Shown: piece after piece, positions 26,401 through 38,400 of the stretch | How positions within the stretch are numbered: position 1 is the stretch's first letter | Layout: every line of letters starts with the position of its first letter | Translations under genes and position numbers: made by a program | From: Styela clava | Taxonomy: Eukaryota | Length of the DNA stretch: 64,000 nucleotides | Reading direction: 5' to 3' | Assembly (NCBI RefSeq): GCF_964204865.1 | Contig: NC_135262.1 | Span: forward strand, 2,232,001 to 2,296,000 | The notes under the pieces: generated by a model | Told to the model about the DNA's origin: nothing | The model's input: only the letters and a program-made list of their open reading frames with translations | Database searches by the model: none

Positions 26401-29400
26401 AGTAATAACGAGAATATCGCTCAGAGACCGAAGACTTATCGATCTAAAGTTAGGGAATCCCCCAAAACAGCGCTCTTACTCCATAGTGACACCTTGTGTC
26501 CCATCACTAATTAATTAATAACTCGCTAATTATACGACATAATTCATCCAAAATCAATAGGCTTCTGGTACGACATATGATGAATGCACATGCAAAATGC
26601 AGCAGATTCAATCTCGCTTTCATGAGATATCGCGTACATCTAACGGACAGACAAACAGACAGACAAACAGACAGACAAACAGACAGACATAGAGACAGAC
26701 AAACAGACAGACAAACAGACAGACATAGAGACAGACAAACAGACAGACAAACAGACAGACAAACAGACAGACAAACAGACAGACAAAGAGACAGACAAAC
26801 AGACAGACAAACAGACAGACAAACAGACAGACAAACAGACAGACAAACAGACAGACAAACAGACAGACAAACAGACCGACAAATACCTATCAACATACTT
26901 ACCAATTAAAATCGATAACTAATTACACTGAGCAAAACAGCGGAAGATTCAACGCAGCAATAACGGAAAAACATTATGTATTATTACACCTTTTTAAACA
27001 TAAACTGTCCGATTAGGATTTTTTTCTTGGTGGGGAAAAATCTGAGTGTTGACAAGGGCCACACCAAATGAATTGGCGGGCCAGTTGTGGGCCTCGGGCC
27101 ACTTGTTGCACACCCCTGTATTAGAGGATCCGTATTCGCTGACTGAAGGATAGTGTAGCAAGAATTAAAAGGGCTATATCGAGTGTTTCATACGTCTTGC
27201 ATCTAACTTTCGTCAATTTTACTCTGTTGCGTTTCTTCTGCAGTAAGTTAGACTTCAACAGACAAGCGATCTTACTTTGCTTAGAGAAAACGTTACAGAA
27301 TCTAATTTATAATAGAGTGACGAAAGATTATTGAAAGCCTCGTAATAAATTTGGTATATGTTGAAATGAAAAGATTTTTCTCATTCGGAAAATGTAGTAT
27401 CCCCCTCACATGTCAGCTATCGTTGTTTGTCTATATCAGGGGTCGGCAACCTTTTGTCGCTCGCGGGCCAAAATTAAAGGTTGCAAGTCATTGGCGGGCC
27501 GCACATATTTTTAGAATGTTAAAAATCGAATGGATGACCGATGAATCACATTTTATCACACAGTTCAGAAGTTAAATTTTAAGCAGCGCGCGAAGACTGA
27601 CCATTTGAATATTTTTTGCGCCATTAAACCATTTGCACTTAGCATCAACTTTTCTGCGTTTTGTTGTCATTTGTCTAAATTATATTTAAATTATAGGCTT
27701 ATTAAACGAGTAACTGTGAATTATATACTTGTTACGTTATAATACTATTTAGTCTATGCGTAAATTTTTTTGCGTTAAGTATATAATCGACAAGACAGCT
27801 ATAATTTGTTACTACAATTCAGTGAAACGTCGCGGGCCGGATTATATTGCTCCGTGGGCCGTGGGTTGTCGACCGCTGGTCTATATGTTACTGTTCAGAG
27901 TCGAGCCATATATCCATTCCTGTATTCCTATCTATAAGGCAGCCCAACATTTCTCTGCAGAGCAAGCCATTCAAACTTTGGACATCTGGTTACTTATTAT
28001 TCTACAAGACCTAGACTAGCAGCGATTCAAGTTTATCTAGGCCTACAACATAATTAGAAGATATTAACGGATTTCCTCTTTCCATTGATAAAAACAAAAT
28101 TTGCAGCTGTAATTATAATCATTTCAGGCATTACTGGGAAGTACTTGTCAACAAAGATGGCTGGGCAGTCGGAGTAGCGTATCGTAACGTACCGAGGAAC
28201 AGCTGGTTAGGAAGTAACGACTCTTCATGGATTCTTCATTACAATCCGACCAAGCGAGAATACAAGGTTCTTATTGTTTTACTTTTTTATACACATATAG
28301 GGTGAACATAAGTATTTTTTTTTTAATTGTAAAGGGAATTTGTCAATACCATATGTTGCTTTGGTCCTCACATGTGTATTAAATAAAGTAAAAATACTTG
28401 CACAATTACACAAAGTTCAAAAATTCGCCCCCTTGGTTGTCAGTTGATAATTTTTTTTAAACTGTTGTTGTTGAAATGGCATCCTTGTACTTTTTTCGAG
28501 TACAAATAATAGTTTCTATTACTTCCAATTTAAAATTATTTCATTGGAACATTTGACTTATAAAACTTTTCGGTCATTTTGCGCCCATAACACGAGCCCT
28601 GGCTAACATACGCTTTGATACTTACATAAGCAGATCCCAATTAGTTTCCGGATCGGCATTGCCCACACAATTTATTGTGAGTTGGAGAGCATGGGATTTG
28701 AACCAAAGAAGAAGTTATAATACGATGCCAAAAAGTCCAACACTCTAACCTTAAAGCCGTCTCACCCACTATAACTTAATTTACAGAGTCCCATCGAAAA
28801 GACGACCATTAATTTTTTTTGCCTTGTCTAATTGCTTAGACCAAATGATTCTCAGTTTTATCATCTTGCCTACACTTTCGGGAAATTCTGTAAACGTAAA
28901 ATTTCGTAAACGTAAAATTCACTCAGGATATAAAATGCGACAATAAAATGAATGAATGTTCGAAATGCGTTCTCCCATGGCAGAGTTTAAAAATGCTGCA
29001 TCTTGACAGCTGACTGACAATTATTAACGACTGCTGTTGAAATTAGATACTTTTACCTTATTATTTGAGTAAAAAAAACCGATTTTAATATTCCCAATTT
29101 GAAAACATTCTACGATTTAGCTTTTTTGCGTCCCAATCCACACGGTTGTCACACCCTGGATACGCCACTGGTTACGGGAAGAGTTACTATCGCGCAAAGT
29201 AAACGACTAAAAATCACTGTCACAAAAGCTATTTTGTGGCGTAAACACAAAAATGTTTTCTTTTACGTAAACTGAATATTTCATCACGCCGTGTGTTTGT
29301 TTACAATGCAATCAGCGTAAGTGAAACTGGCGTATGAATAAATCATAACCAATTATCTGATTTAAAACTTTTTGGCAATGTTTACGAAACTTTTACGTTT

Positions 29401-32008
29401 GAGAAGACAAAAACGTAATTGGTATTTTAGAGTTAATTGTGCAGCGTATCTTGGCTTCTTTAGGGAAATTTAGTAACTCTTTTATACGGCATAATATAAC
29501 GGCGCACTTAAATTGGCGCTTCTTCATCTGTTGGCCACTTCTTTAGCGGGATTCACTAGATCAAAATATATTACACCGTTTTTACGACTTCACTCCGACT
29601 AATGTCATGTACGAACAGTCAACATATATAAATATAGAGCTACTCAGGGGCGTAGCCAAGGGAGATGAGAGACAAACCTAATATAAAAATGCATTTTCTA
29701 AATCATAGCTTCATCATTTCATAGCTGAAAACGTATTTTAGACCCTCAATGCTCCGGAATTCCCACGTTTTCCCGGACCCTCTAGTTACGTTTTTACATG
29801 GCAATTCGAAAATTCAGATCCCCCCAACTTTATAAAACATTCTGGATTGGTCCAAAATTGAAGACAATTATTCGCACCGACGTAACGTAGAACCGTATAA
29901 CTGCTACATCTGGATTGGTGCTTCTGCGACAAATTTGAACTTCTTTTAGTCAGAACTTAATTTCTCGGAATTAAGCATCTGGTGTTTTATGTTTTCATGT
30001 CTCCATGCTATACGAACATCCACTTATCTGTAAAGGGTTACTTGCATAGGCAAAACAAACTTATGGACAAAACATTTCGCCGACGAAACGTTGACCATTT
30101 ATTCTGTTTTGCAGTTTTTAAAAATTATAACGGCCTCCGTGCGTCTGAAATTTTCGCTGTCAAATATGCGTACAAGACAATCAACTAAACTTTTAATAAA
30201 CTTCTTTTAAGTATTTTTGAAATATTAAACCTTTGAGCATGACCCTAAGGGCGCATTTGTGATTATTAGCAAAACATCGAAACCCCGAAGTTTTATTTAC
30301 CAAACGAAAAATTGTTTGACACCGGTAGAAAATTAAAAAAAAAAGTTTTAATGGCACGCGGTCACAGATGTTCAATAAATCATGATACCAGAACAGGAGA
30401 AGTAAGTAAAATATTTATTTCATATTTATGTACGTTTCAGGAAGTTATCTCATTGTGGTTGATGGGATAAGATTTACATATTTATCCCGGGGGAGAGGAA
30501 AGCCGATAAGACGGCTTAATCATATGGCGAACCACGGCCTCTCGTCCGGTTACCAGTCAATGTCGGGTATGGGATTAGTTAATATGCAAAATGTGATTAA
30601 TATTGACTTGATTATAATATGTTTTCAGGCAAGGCACGCAGGAGAATCAGCTGATGTTAAATTACCAAGGAAAAAAATTGGAGAAGACATCGCCAGAGTA
30701 GGAATATTTATTGATTACGAAGCAGGTAAATCCGGATACGAGAATATTCACATCCTAGTTACTTCGAAGTGTCATTTTATATTTAGTAAGAGTGCGATGC
30801 TCAAATACACGGACACAAAAACCAAAGAGAAGCAGTAATCTACTTTACCTTTTACAGTACGGTAATCCGGTACCGTCAAAAAACTTCCGCAGAGAGTTCG
30901 AAGTACCCCCACAAATAATCTGTATTAATTTTCAAAGGGTCGTCACACAAAATTTCGAAGTGAAAAACGATTACACAAAACAGAAAGTTTTGAAATAAAT
31001 AAAACTAATAGCCTTTTAGAAAAATGCAATCTTCAACCACTTAAAATTTCAAAGCAATTGATCCAGTAGTTAATGAGAAAACCGATTATTGTCATGCGGT
31101 AATAACAAGAAGAAAAACACCAACAAGAACAAAAAATTACTAACAAAACGATCTATAGGTCCATTTTGGGTCCAATAAATGAATGTGCCATTCATACTAT
31201 AGCCCTCGACACATCTGTTTTTGTTCTTGATCCCTCTTTGTATTTGTATGAGAATGCGAGTAAACATGTAATCAGGGCATCGAAACATCTATTATTCATC
31301 AAACCAACTCACCCTGTGAATAACAAAAAATTCGACAGGGACAAAACGTCTAAAGCAAGAATGTAGATGAAATAAAAAATATATTTTTATATAGGAAAAA
31401 GTGTAACACTTATTTTTTTTCCAATAGCGTGATAGCAATATTTTATATTTCAAATATTTTTGCGAAGATTACATTATTGTAGGGTTGCCACACCGTCCGG
31501 AAAATTCCGGACATGTCCGGAATCTAGGGTTAAATTTTGCGTCCGGGAAGAATTAAAAAAATGCTCAAATGTCCGGAATCCGGAATTTTACTGCATCTGC
31601 AATCGTACTGTGCACACTGCTAATACAGAACATTGTTATTTCGTACCGTGCACATATTTTTTACTACGAGGTCATGAAAATAGTCACGCATTGTCCGGAA
31701 TTTTGCTTTTTCAAAAATGGTGACCCTACATTATTAGTCGTTTTCTTTTACATTTAGTAGGCCCGGGCAAGACCCGGGCAATGTCAGATTGTCTTGGTCG
31801 TTTGTCTTCCATGTATTTGAGCGTTCCTATATTCTGCATTCCAGGTATCATTTCCTTTATCGACTGCCATATGCGAGACGTTCTTTATACTTATCACACA
31901 GCAGGATTTGAAGAACCGATCTGCGCTGCCGTCAACCCATTTTATCATGGAGGAGTTCTAACTGTGATCACGGGACTGGAGATACCAAACATTGACTTCA
32001 ACGTTTAA
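17119..32008 (+). CDS. Gene 1: coiled-coil + fibronectin type III + B30.2/SPRY protein (FSD1/FSD2-like; TRIM C-I-like C-terminus without RING/B-box), 561 aa, 11 coding exons
   Basis: Exons 17119-17403, 18064-18192, 20832-20930, 21733-21890, 22984-23102, 24227-24410, 24848-24987, 25935-26106, 28128-28266, 30629-30725, 31845-32008. All introns are GT..AG, all phases match, total 1686 nt = 562 codons. PRY/SPRY motifs: [18 protein letters not shown]...[44 protein letters not shown]3 motifs: [23 protein letters not shown]. Confidence 0.9.
18064..18192 (+). CDS. Gene 1 exon 2 (coiled coil)
   Basis: ttttcag|[43 protein letters not shown]|gtttgt, phase 0/0. Confidence 0.85.
18285..18520. mobile_element. 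Palindromic GGTAC-ended MITE, family A (Merlin-like termini, 8-bp TSD)
   Basis: About 78-bp inverted arms; TSD GAAGTTTT / AAAGTTTT. Other full copies: 6198-6426, 24474-24659, 34140-34374, 38104-38339, 57697-57932. Confidence 0.85.
20832..20930 (+). CDS. Gene 1 exon 3 (coiled coil)
   Basis: tttttag|[33 protein letters not shown]|gtattt, phase 0/0. Confidence 0.85.
21733..21890 (+). CDS. Gene 1 exon 4 (coiled coil)
   Basis: gttag|[53 protein letters not shown]|gtaaat, phase 0/2. Confidence 0.85.
22984..23102 (+). CDS. Gene 1 exon 5 (position equivalent to a COS box)
   Basis: ttgcag|[39 protein letters not shown]|gtaaaa, phase 2/1. Confidence 0.85.
23603..23867. mobile_element. hAT-type MITE
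   Basis: TIRs CAGTGTTCCCTCTAA / TTAGAGGGAACATTG; TSD GTTACGTG / GTTACATG. Confidence 0.85.
24227..24410 (+). CDS. Gene 1 exon 6 (FN3 N-terminal half)
   Basis: ttctag|EPNG...[32 protein letters not shown]|gtacgt, phase 1/2. Confidence 0.88.
24848..24987 (+). CDS. Gene 1 exon 7 (FN3 C-terminal half)
   Basis: ttctcag|[46 protein letters not shown]|gtgagt, phase 2/1. Confidence 0.88.
25935..26106 (+). CDS. Gene 1 exon 8 (PRY subdomain)
   Basis: cttag|[24 protein letters not shown]...[16 protein letters not shown]|gtatgg; an in-frame alternative acceptor lies 6 nt downstream (exon start 25941). Confidence 0.92.
26407..26922 (-). mobile_element. Helentron/DINE-1-type element carrying a GTCT-based microsatellite
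   Basis: Hairpin TCGCTC-AGA-GACCGA at 26417-26431; subterminal inverted repeat TTATCGAT (26436-26443) / ATCGATAA (26911-26918); microsatellite core. Confidence 0.7.
26645..26883. repeat. Microsatellite (AGACAGACAAAC)n, about 20 units
   Basis: Direct reading; explains the spurious SVCL and RQTD ORFs. Confidence 0.97.
27437..27878. mobile_element. hAT-type MITE (family also at 52361-52809 and truncated at about 45507-45850)
   Basis: TIRs CAGGGGTCGGCAACC / GGTTGTCGACCGCTG; perfect TSD GTCTATAT. Confidence 0.88.
28128..28266 (+). CDS. Gene 1 exon 9 (SPRY)
   Basis: tttcag|[46 protein letters not shown]|gttctt; not in the ORF track. Confidence 0.93.
30629..30725 (+). CDS. Gene 1 exon 10 (SPRY)
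   Basis: ttttcag|[32 protein letters not shown]|gtaaat, phase 0/1. Confidence 0.92.
31480..31728. mobile_element. hAT-type MITE with TAGGG ends
   Basis: TAGGGTTGCCA / TGGTGACCCTA; TSD CATTATTG / CATTATTA; repeated TCCGGA subterminal motifs. Confidence 0.82.
31845..32008 (+). CDS. Gene 1 exon 11 (SPRY end, stop)
   Basis: ttccag|[53 protein letters not shown]. Confidence 0.92.
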
Positions 32009-35000
32009 GCTTTACTTAACTACTGACATTCAAAAGAGGACGCTGTTCTTGTGGTGGTCGGATACGCTGTAGAGCAAAAACTTATTCAAATCATTTTAGT
32101 TATTAGCGTATGTTTACAAAACTAAATTTAGCGCTAAATTTACAAGGTTACCGAAATTCGGATGCGTTTTTATCGTTATCGGTTTTACAAAATCACGGAT
32201 CGTGTAGAGTGTTTGACTCTCTGCACTACCAATATTGTTCAACGCACCTCAATGTCATCACAATTGTTTCACGGTACCCATTTATGCATCACAATTACAA
32301 TACTCTACACTAGCCATGTTAAGGTCATTAAGGAACAGCGTTTGGGACTTGAAGTCTGTTTTTCAAATATTTTGTCTATGGTACTATCGCTAAATTGAAT
32401 CGATTTATGGAAGCGTTTGGTATAGTAAACTGCATTAGTCTGTTATTGGTCAGCCACTAATTTTTTGATCTATTTTCTAGGATTGTCTTTATCTTAGGCT
32501 AGGACAATTAAGGTTACCGTTAGGTTATAATCTCACTACTAATTTTGGGTATTATGTAGTTTCCCGTGATGTGACGTCGTAGTGACGTAATATTTGAATG
32601 GCGCAGTCTGTTAGGAATGGTTAGGAATAACATATGCAAAAATGGTTATGACAAGTCCGCGAGAAGTACTTGTGGTACCAAACTACACTATACCCTACTA
32701 CTGTTTTTCATATCTTTGTTTCTGTTTACCTTCGATTAGATGGCGATGAATAAGTTCAGTACGATATCACCACAATCTAACACAAGAAGACGAGAGCTCA
32801 AAATAGCCTTTCCGGCACTTGCCCGTTTATTAGATTATTCAGACAGTACAGTCTTCAGTTTTTCCTGGTGGCGTGAAGCATTCGGATGGTAACTTATAGA
32901 AAAGGGGACTAAAGAGCAAGTGGTCATTTCTCTGATATATGAACTTATTACACGCTTGGCGCTCATAACTTATTTTACTTGTGTATCTTTGTGCAATTTG
33001 TGATATATATTCTTTTATTGTATCGTTTGTATTTTATTTTTGTTATCTAAAATGCAGTTTTGTTAGTTTGCACGGTTGGGTAGATTGCTAGGTACGTTTC
33101 TGCATCATTTTTATGTTTTCTCCGGTATTTTTACTCGAGTACAAAGACATCAGGCATGTGAGTATTATTATTATTATTAGTCTAGTCCACTTGAATTCGA
33201 TGATGCGTGTTGGGCAGCATATTCTCATCTAGATATAGAAGTTCTGATTCTGTATATTATGCTCGAATTGTTTTAAGGTAGATTAGACCGCTTTGATCTG
33301 TTTGTTGGATCTATTATTTTCGAATTTTTATTACGATAATACAATCCTTCTGTGGTGAACTATACAATTATGGCGTGCGAATATAGAGGTTAAATTAGTG
33401 TGTATGAATGGAAATATCGTTAAAAGGTGCTGGGCCGCCGTCAAGCAGTTCAATAGTTTTTCTAAGCATCATTTCATTATCGGTTACGTTACTGTAAAGC
33501 GGGGATGTACAGCATATGTCGGTAGGTCGTATAACCAACTTCAGACATCTGGGCCGCACAAAATATTTAGTTTTTTCATACACACAACGAATTTTTAAAA
33601 AATACCACAATGTAAGACAAGATTAAAAAAATCATTATGTATTCCTACCCATGTGAGCGCCTTTTAAACATAAACTGTCGGATTAGGATTTTATATTTGA
33701 TGGAGAAAAATCTGAGAGTTGACAAGGGCCACACTAAATGGCCTAGCGGGTCGGGTCGTGACCCGCGGGCTGCCTGCTGGATCTTAATTACTACCTACAA
33801 TACAATCCAGAAGTGTGTGTACCAATACCTATGGGCAGGGGGTATATTCACTTGGCTAACACAAACAGTTCCCGAACTCGTAATAGAACGAAAATCGGAA
33901 TAAAATTATGGTCTAACCCTAACCCGTCACACACACACTACGGGAATACCGAATAATCACCTCTCAACAACCTAATAGCTGATACCGATGGGCGATGTAA
34001 TCCAGTAATTAAACTCGGGCTGCGCATTTTCGATACAGTCTCATATTTACTTCGAATAATCCTGTTTCTCAAGACAAAAATCTTACTCAATTTACCTAGT
34101 AATTAATTTAGTCGTATTATCGGCATTGAACTCTCTTAGGGTAAATCAGAAGTATGTGAACAAAGTTGGCGGACACCGGAACGTAGATGTGTTTCAGGGT
34201 AGGGTTAGGCCATAATTTCAAGTACAAATACTATGAAAGTCACTTGACTAGTCCCCGAACTCGTGATAAAACTAAAATAGGGGAAATTGGAACAAAATCA
34301 TGGCCTAACCCTAACCTGGTACACATACTACGTTTAGGTGTCCGCCATCTTGGTTCACATACTTCGAGAGTACCAAATATGCACAAAAAAAGACCTGTTG
34401 CGAATAAGTTATAAAATTATATTCGACTTCAACGCAGATATAATAAGAACACTATGTAAAAGTGAACTTGTAAGTACAAATACCTGAACACGCATTTATA
34501 CTGACAAAAACAATGCAAAAATCGTATATTATGCAAATATAAATATTAGGAATAGGAATTTCCCCGCTTCTGTAGCGGGCATGCGGGCTATACCTAAAAA
34601 AGCTGGGACAGTCCGAGTACCGTTTCCAGGTACCCCGATACAGGTTCTGGTGAGTTACCGTATATATAATTTTAGGGAATTTATGGTAAAATATTTCGTT
34701 TTGGTCTTTGTGTCCATGAATTTGAGTATAGTTTCCTTCTATCTCGAATGGCACGAAATATCAAATTGGATAGGAAATTTAAAAAAAACGACTAGATGAC
34801 AGTAACGGCATAATTGCCATCAATTATTGCCTTCGTTAACTTTTATGCATTTTGTGACTCGATATGAAATATCGAATTTTAGACCTTTGCTATTATGTGT
34901 ATTCAGAGAGAATTCTCAAAACTCTAATTTGATACACCTATTGATATGAAGTTGCTTAGTGATTATTAACATTAACAAGTACCTCAAAAAGAGTGCTAAG

Positions 35001-35314
35001 TACTTTTCTATGTGTATTACGGCTTTGAGAAGAATAACTGTCCTGAAGTTGTGGAAGAATGAGTTGCGAAGTCCTCAATGTATAACTTTAATATGTTCAA
35101 ACATGGATAAATTCCATCTTCCAAATATAAAAATAATTTTACGCTAATGGATTGAATGCGGCGAGTTTAAATGAATAGTTTCAAGTTAAGATCAAAAATG
35201 CAATGTTCCGTAATTTTTGTCCGGTTGGTTAATTAGAGATAGTTTCGAACCATAAATGTATATCACTTCCATTCATTTGCACGCGGATAAATGTCGTGTT
35301 CCCCAAATATATAA

Positions 35315-35488
35315 TCATGCAAATGATATTGGATGTGGAAGTGTCTGTATTTTGCTAACTCGAGCAATTTTGATCATTCCTGCCAGTCTATTTTCTTTGT
35401 CAGATTGTCTGTGCATTTCGATCTCTGCGTCTTTCCCTTCCAGTAGTTCCCTCAAATGGGCATTTTCTCTCATCTGCTTGTTTACTCG
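35315..35488 (-). CDS. Gene 2 exon 13 (coiled coil, stop)
   Basis: tttttaaag|RVNKQMRENAHLRELLEGKDAEIEMHRQSDKENRLAGMIKIARVSKIQTLPHPISFA*. Confidence 0.85.
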   Translation of the reverse strand, partial: RVNKQMRENAHLRELLEGKDAEIEMHRQSDKENRLAGMIKIARVSKIQTLPHPISFA

Positions 35489-38400
35489 CTTTAAAAAAAA
35501 TTCAATGACGTCATATTGTGAATTGGAATTCAAAAAGTGATTCAGGAAGCCAATTTATTCGATCAAATTTGAAATTAGATAACTTATCCTATAAAGCGGG
35601 GGTGTGCAACCTTTTTTATTGGCGGGCCAAATACAAGTAACTGGGTGAAGCCGCAGGCCGCACCTTTATTTAATTCAGGCTTTCTGGTAGTTGCAAGCAA
35701 AAAAATTGCCAACTATATTGCTATTGCTAAATTGCTATTGATCTTACGGCTTTATTAGGGGTTCTTGCAGAAATAGTAGATTTAAAACGCATAAACTTCT
35801 GAAGAAACTGCTATTTAAAATTTTTTTGTCACACCGACTTCAAACGAATGCAGTGAGAAACACGTTTTTGTAATATAAATCGTGTATTTTGCAACAGAAT
35901 TTTGCTAGCTTGTTTTGCTAATATGACTGGTATGGGCTTTGCGACGAAAAAGAATAAATACTCGTTTTGCGGGTACACCATTCGAAATTGTTATTTCTCC
36001 GCGGGCCGCACAACTTCTTCTTGCGGGCCGCATTTGGCCCGCGGGCCGCAATTTGCACACCCCTGCTATAAAGTTAAAGCATTAGTTTAACATCGATTTG
36101 GGTGAACATCATATTCAACTTCCACATGCCGCACTTGCCCTGCTTGAAGAAAACTTGTTCAAAAATAAAAGTAGGCGTTTCAAAACATTTATCAGAGAAA
36201 ACGTTGTTACATTGTTGCTAGGATTAACTATACCTTCATTATTCATTCATTTCTACTCATGTTGATATTGAGATAACTATGAAAACGGATTTGAGTTTAT
36301 ATGGGTTGATATGAATTGTATATAGCATAGATAACATTTAGTTGTCTTTTTGAATTCCATTCTCAAAATTGGTATAACAAATACCCACCTTTAATAAATG
36401 TTCGTTTGTTTGACTAATTTGCTGTGCTTTGGTTTCGACTCTCATTTCCATGGATTTGATTTCTTTCTGCGCCTTCTGAACGTAACTCTGACTTGCGTTT
36501 AAATCTCGAGTCTTTTCACGAAGATCCTTCTTCAAGGCTGATATCATTCTATGTAGCTTTTGGATCTGATAAAGCATAGAATGTTCTTATTTTCAATTCT
36601 GACTAACTCTGAAGAAGAAACAAACATATCAAGCAATATTTCATATTGTGGTTACGGCGACCTAGTGGTTATACTTTAAGTCTAACCATGTTTTCGCAGC
36701 ACGCTAAGGTTGTCAAATTCAAGGCGTAATAAAGCTTTTTTCATTGATCTATTAGTTTTCCACGCAATTATGAGATTTACCCTGCACGAAGGAGCGAAAA
36801 CACCCCATAAATATGTTTGAAGTGTACATGCATATTATCCGTCTAAAAGAGAGAGGAAACAGATAGAATAATTAAAACACCACTGGTGACCAGATATCCC
36901 GATTCCTTGATTCGATTGAAACAAAACTGATACTATTTCAATGTGATTGGAAATCAAAAGCCTCCACTAAGAAATTACCAAGTTACCTGGTCCAATAGCA
37001 CAGTTACAAGTTCTTCATTTTCCGGTTTAGTCAGTTTCGTCAAAGTATCTCGGGCTAGTCGGACTCTGCGTTCAAACTTCGCTTCATTCGGGTCGATCTG
37101 AGGGAGAAGTGACGGATCTTCTCTCTTGTATTCGCCGAAATCAACTGTAAATTCATTTAGATATTGTACAAGCTGAAATCTAACGTTAAGTAACCATTTC
37201 GCAGTTTCCCATTTTCTTAAAACAAAATCATACAAACCGTCAACAAAAATATAAAAACTTGCCTTTGGGTGCTCCAGAAGTGTATGTACCAATATCGAGG
37301 TACCTAAATTTGTTCGCCTTCTTTACATCAAGTCGTGTAAAGGGACTGAAACCTATGGGCAGGGGGTATATTCACTTGGCCAACACAGACAGTTCCCGAA
37401 TTCGTAATATAAATAAAATAAAGAAAATCGGAATGAAAATATGTCCTAACCTTATCCTGGTACATACACTACGGGAGTACCTGCATTTGTTTCAAACTAT
37501 CTACATGACGTAACGTTACATTATTATTGCCACAGATTTAATTCTGTAATTTAATTCTTAAGAAATTATAGAATATATTACTAAGCAATTTGAGTATATA
37601 AATCGGTTCTAGTACGATTTACTTTACACAAACCCGTATACGCTTCATATGCAAGGGCACAGGTTTAAATTTATTAGTAATTAACTAATTTATTTCAAAA
37701 CTGGTAAACTACTCGGACTACCCTGTTTGAAATAATACTCATTTAAATGGTATTATTTTGCTGATTTATCAAGTACACTGGACAGATTTCTGTCTTTACA
37801 AAAAGATTGAGTCGTGAGTTGTAAGGCAGTGCTTAAAAAAGACTTGTTCGTGGTAAAGTTGTGGAACGTCTCGCGAAACAAAATAGTTAGATTTTAAAGT
37901 TTTGAGCACAATTACTCAAGACTCAATTCGAGTCATGGGTTATTCGTGTCTCGAGTTGGGGGTTAGGCGATTCCAGGCTGGAAAGACTTCTGTTTTTACA
38001 AAAAGATTGAGTAGAAAGCTATAGAGCATTGCCTGAAAAGGGTTGTTCTGAGTAAAGATGTAAAACGGCTCACGGAAAAATACACTAGAATATTTGAGTT
38101 TGGGGTACTCATGAACTATGTGAACCAAGATGGCGGACACCGGAATGTAGTATGTGTACCTGATTAGAGTTGGGTCATAATTTCAGGTACATATACTACG
38201 GGAGTCATTTGGCTAGTCTTTGAACTTGTAATAGAACCAAAATAGGGGAAATTAGAATATAATTAGGGCCTAACCCTAACCTGGTACACATACTACGTTC
38301 CGGTGTTCACCATCTTGGTTCCCATACTTCCGGAGTACCGAGTTTTGAGTTTAATTATTCAAGCCTGACAATTGTCTCTCTGTGTGTAACTTTACCATAT

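Noticed and set aside
26507-26909. ORFs of SVCL and RQTD repeats
   Set aside because: Translations of a 12-bp microsatellite inside an intronic repeat element.
9420-36090. Twin ORFs MLACFANMTG... at 9420 and 35902
   Set aside because: Chance frames in two copies of the same MITE.
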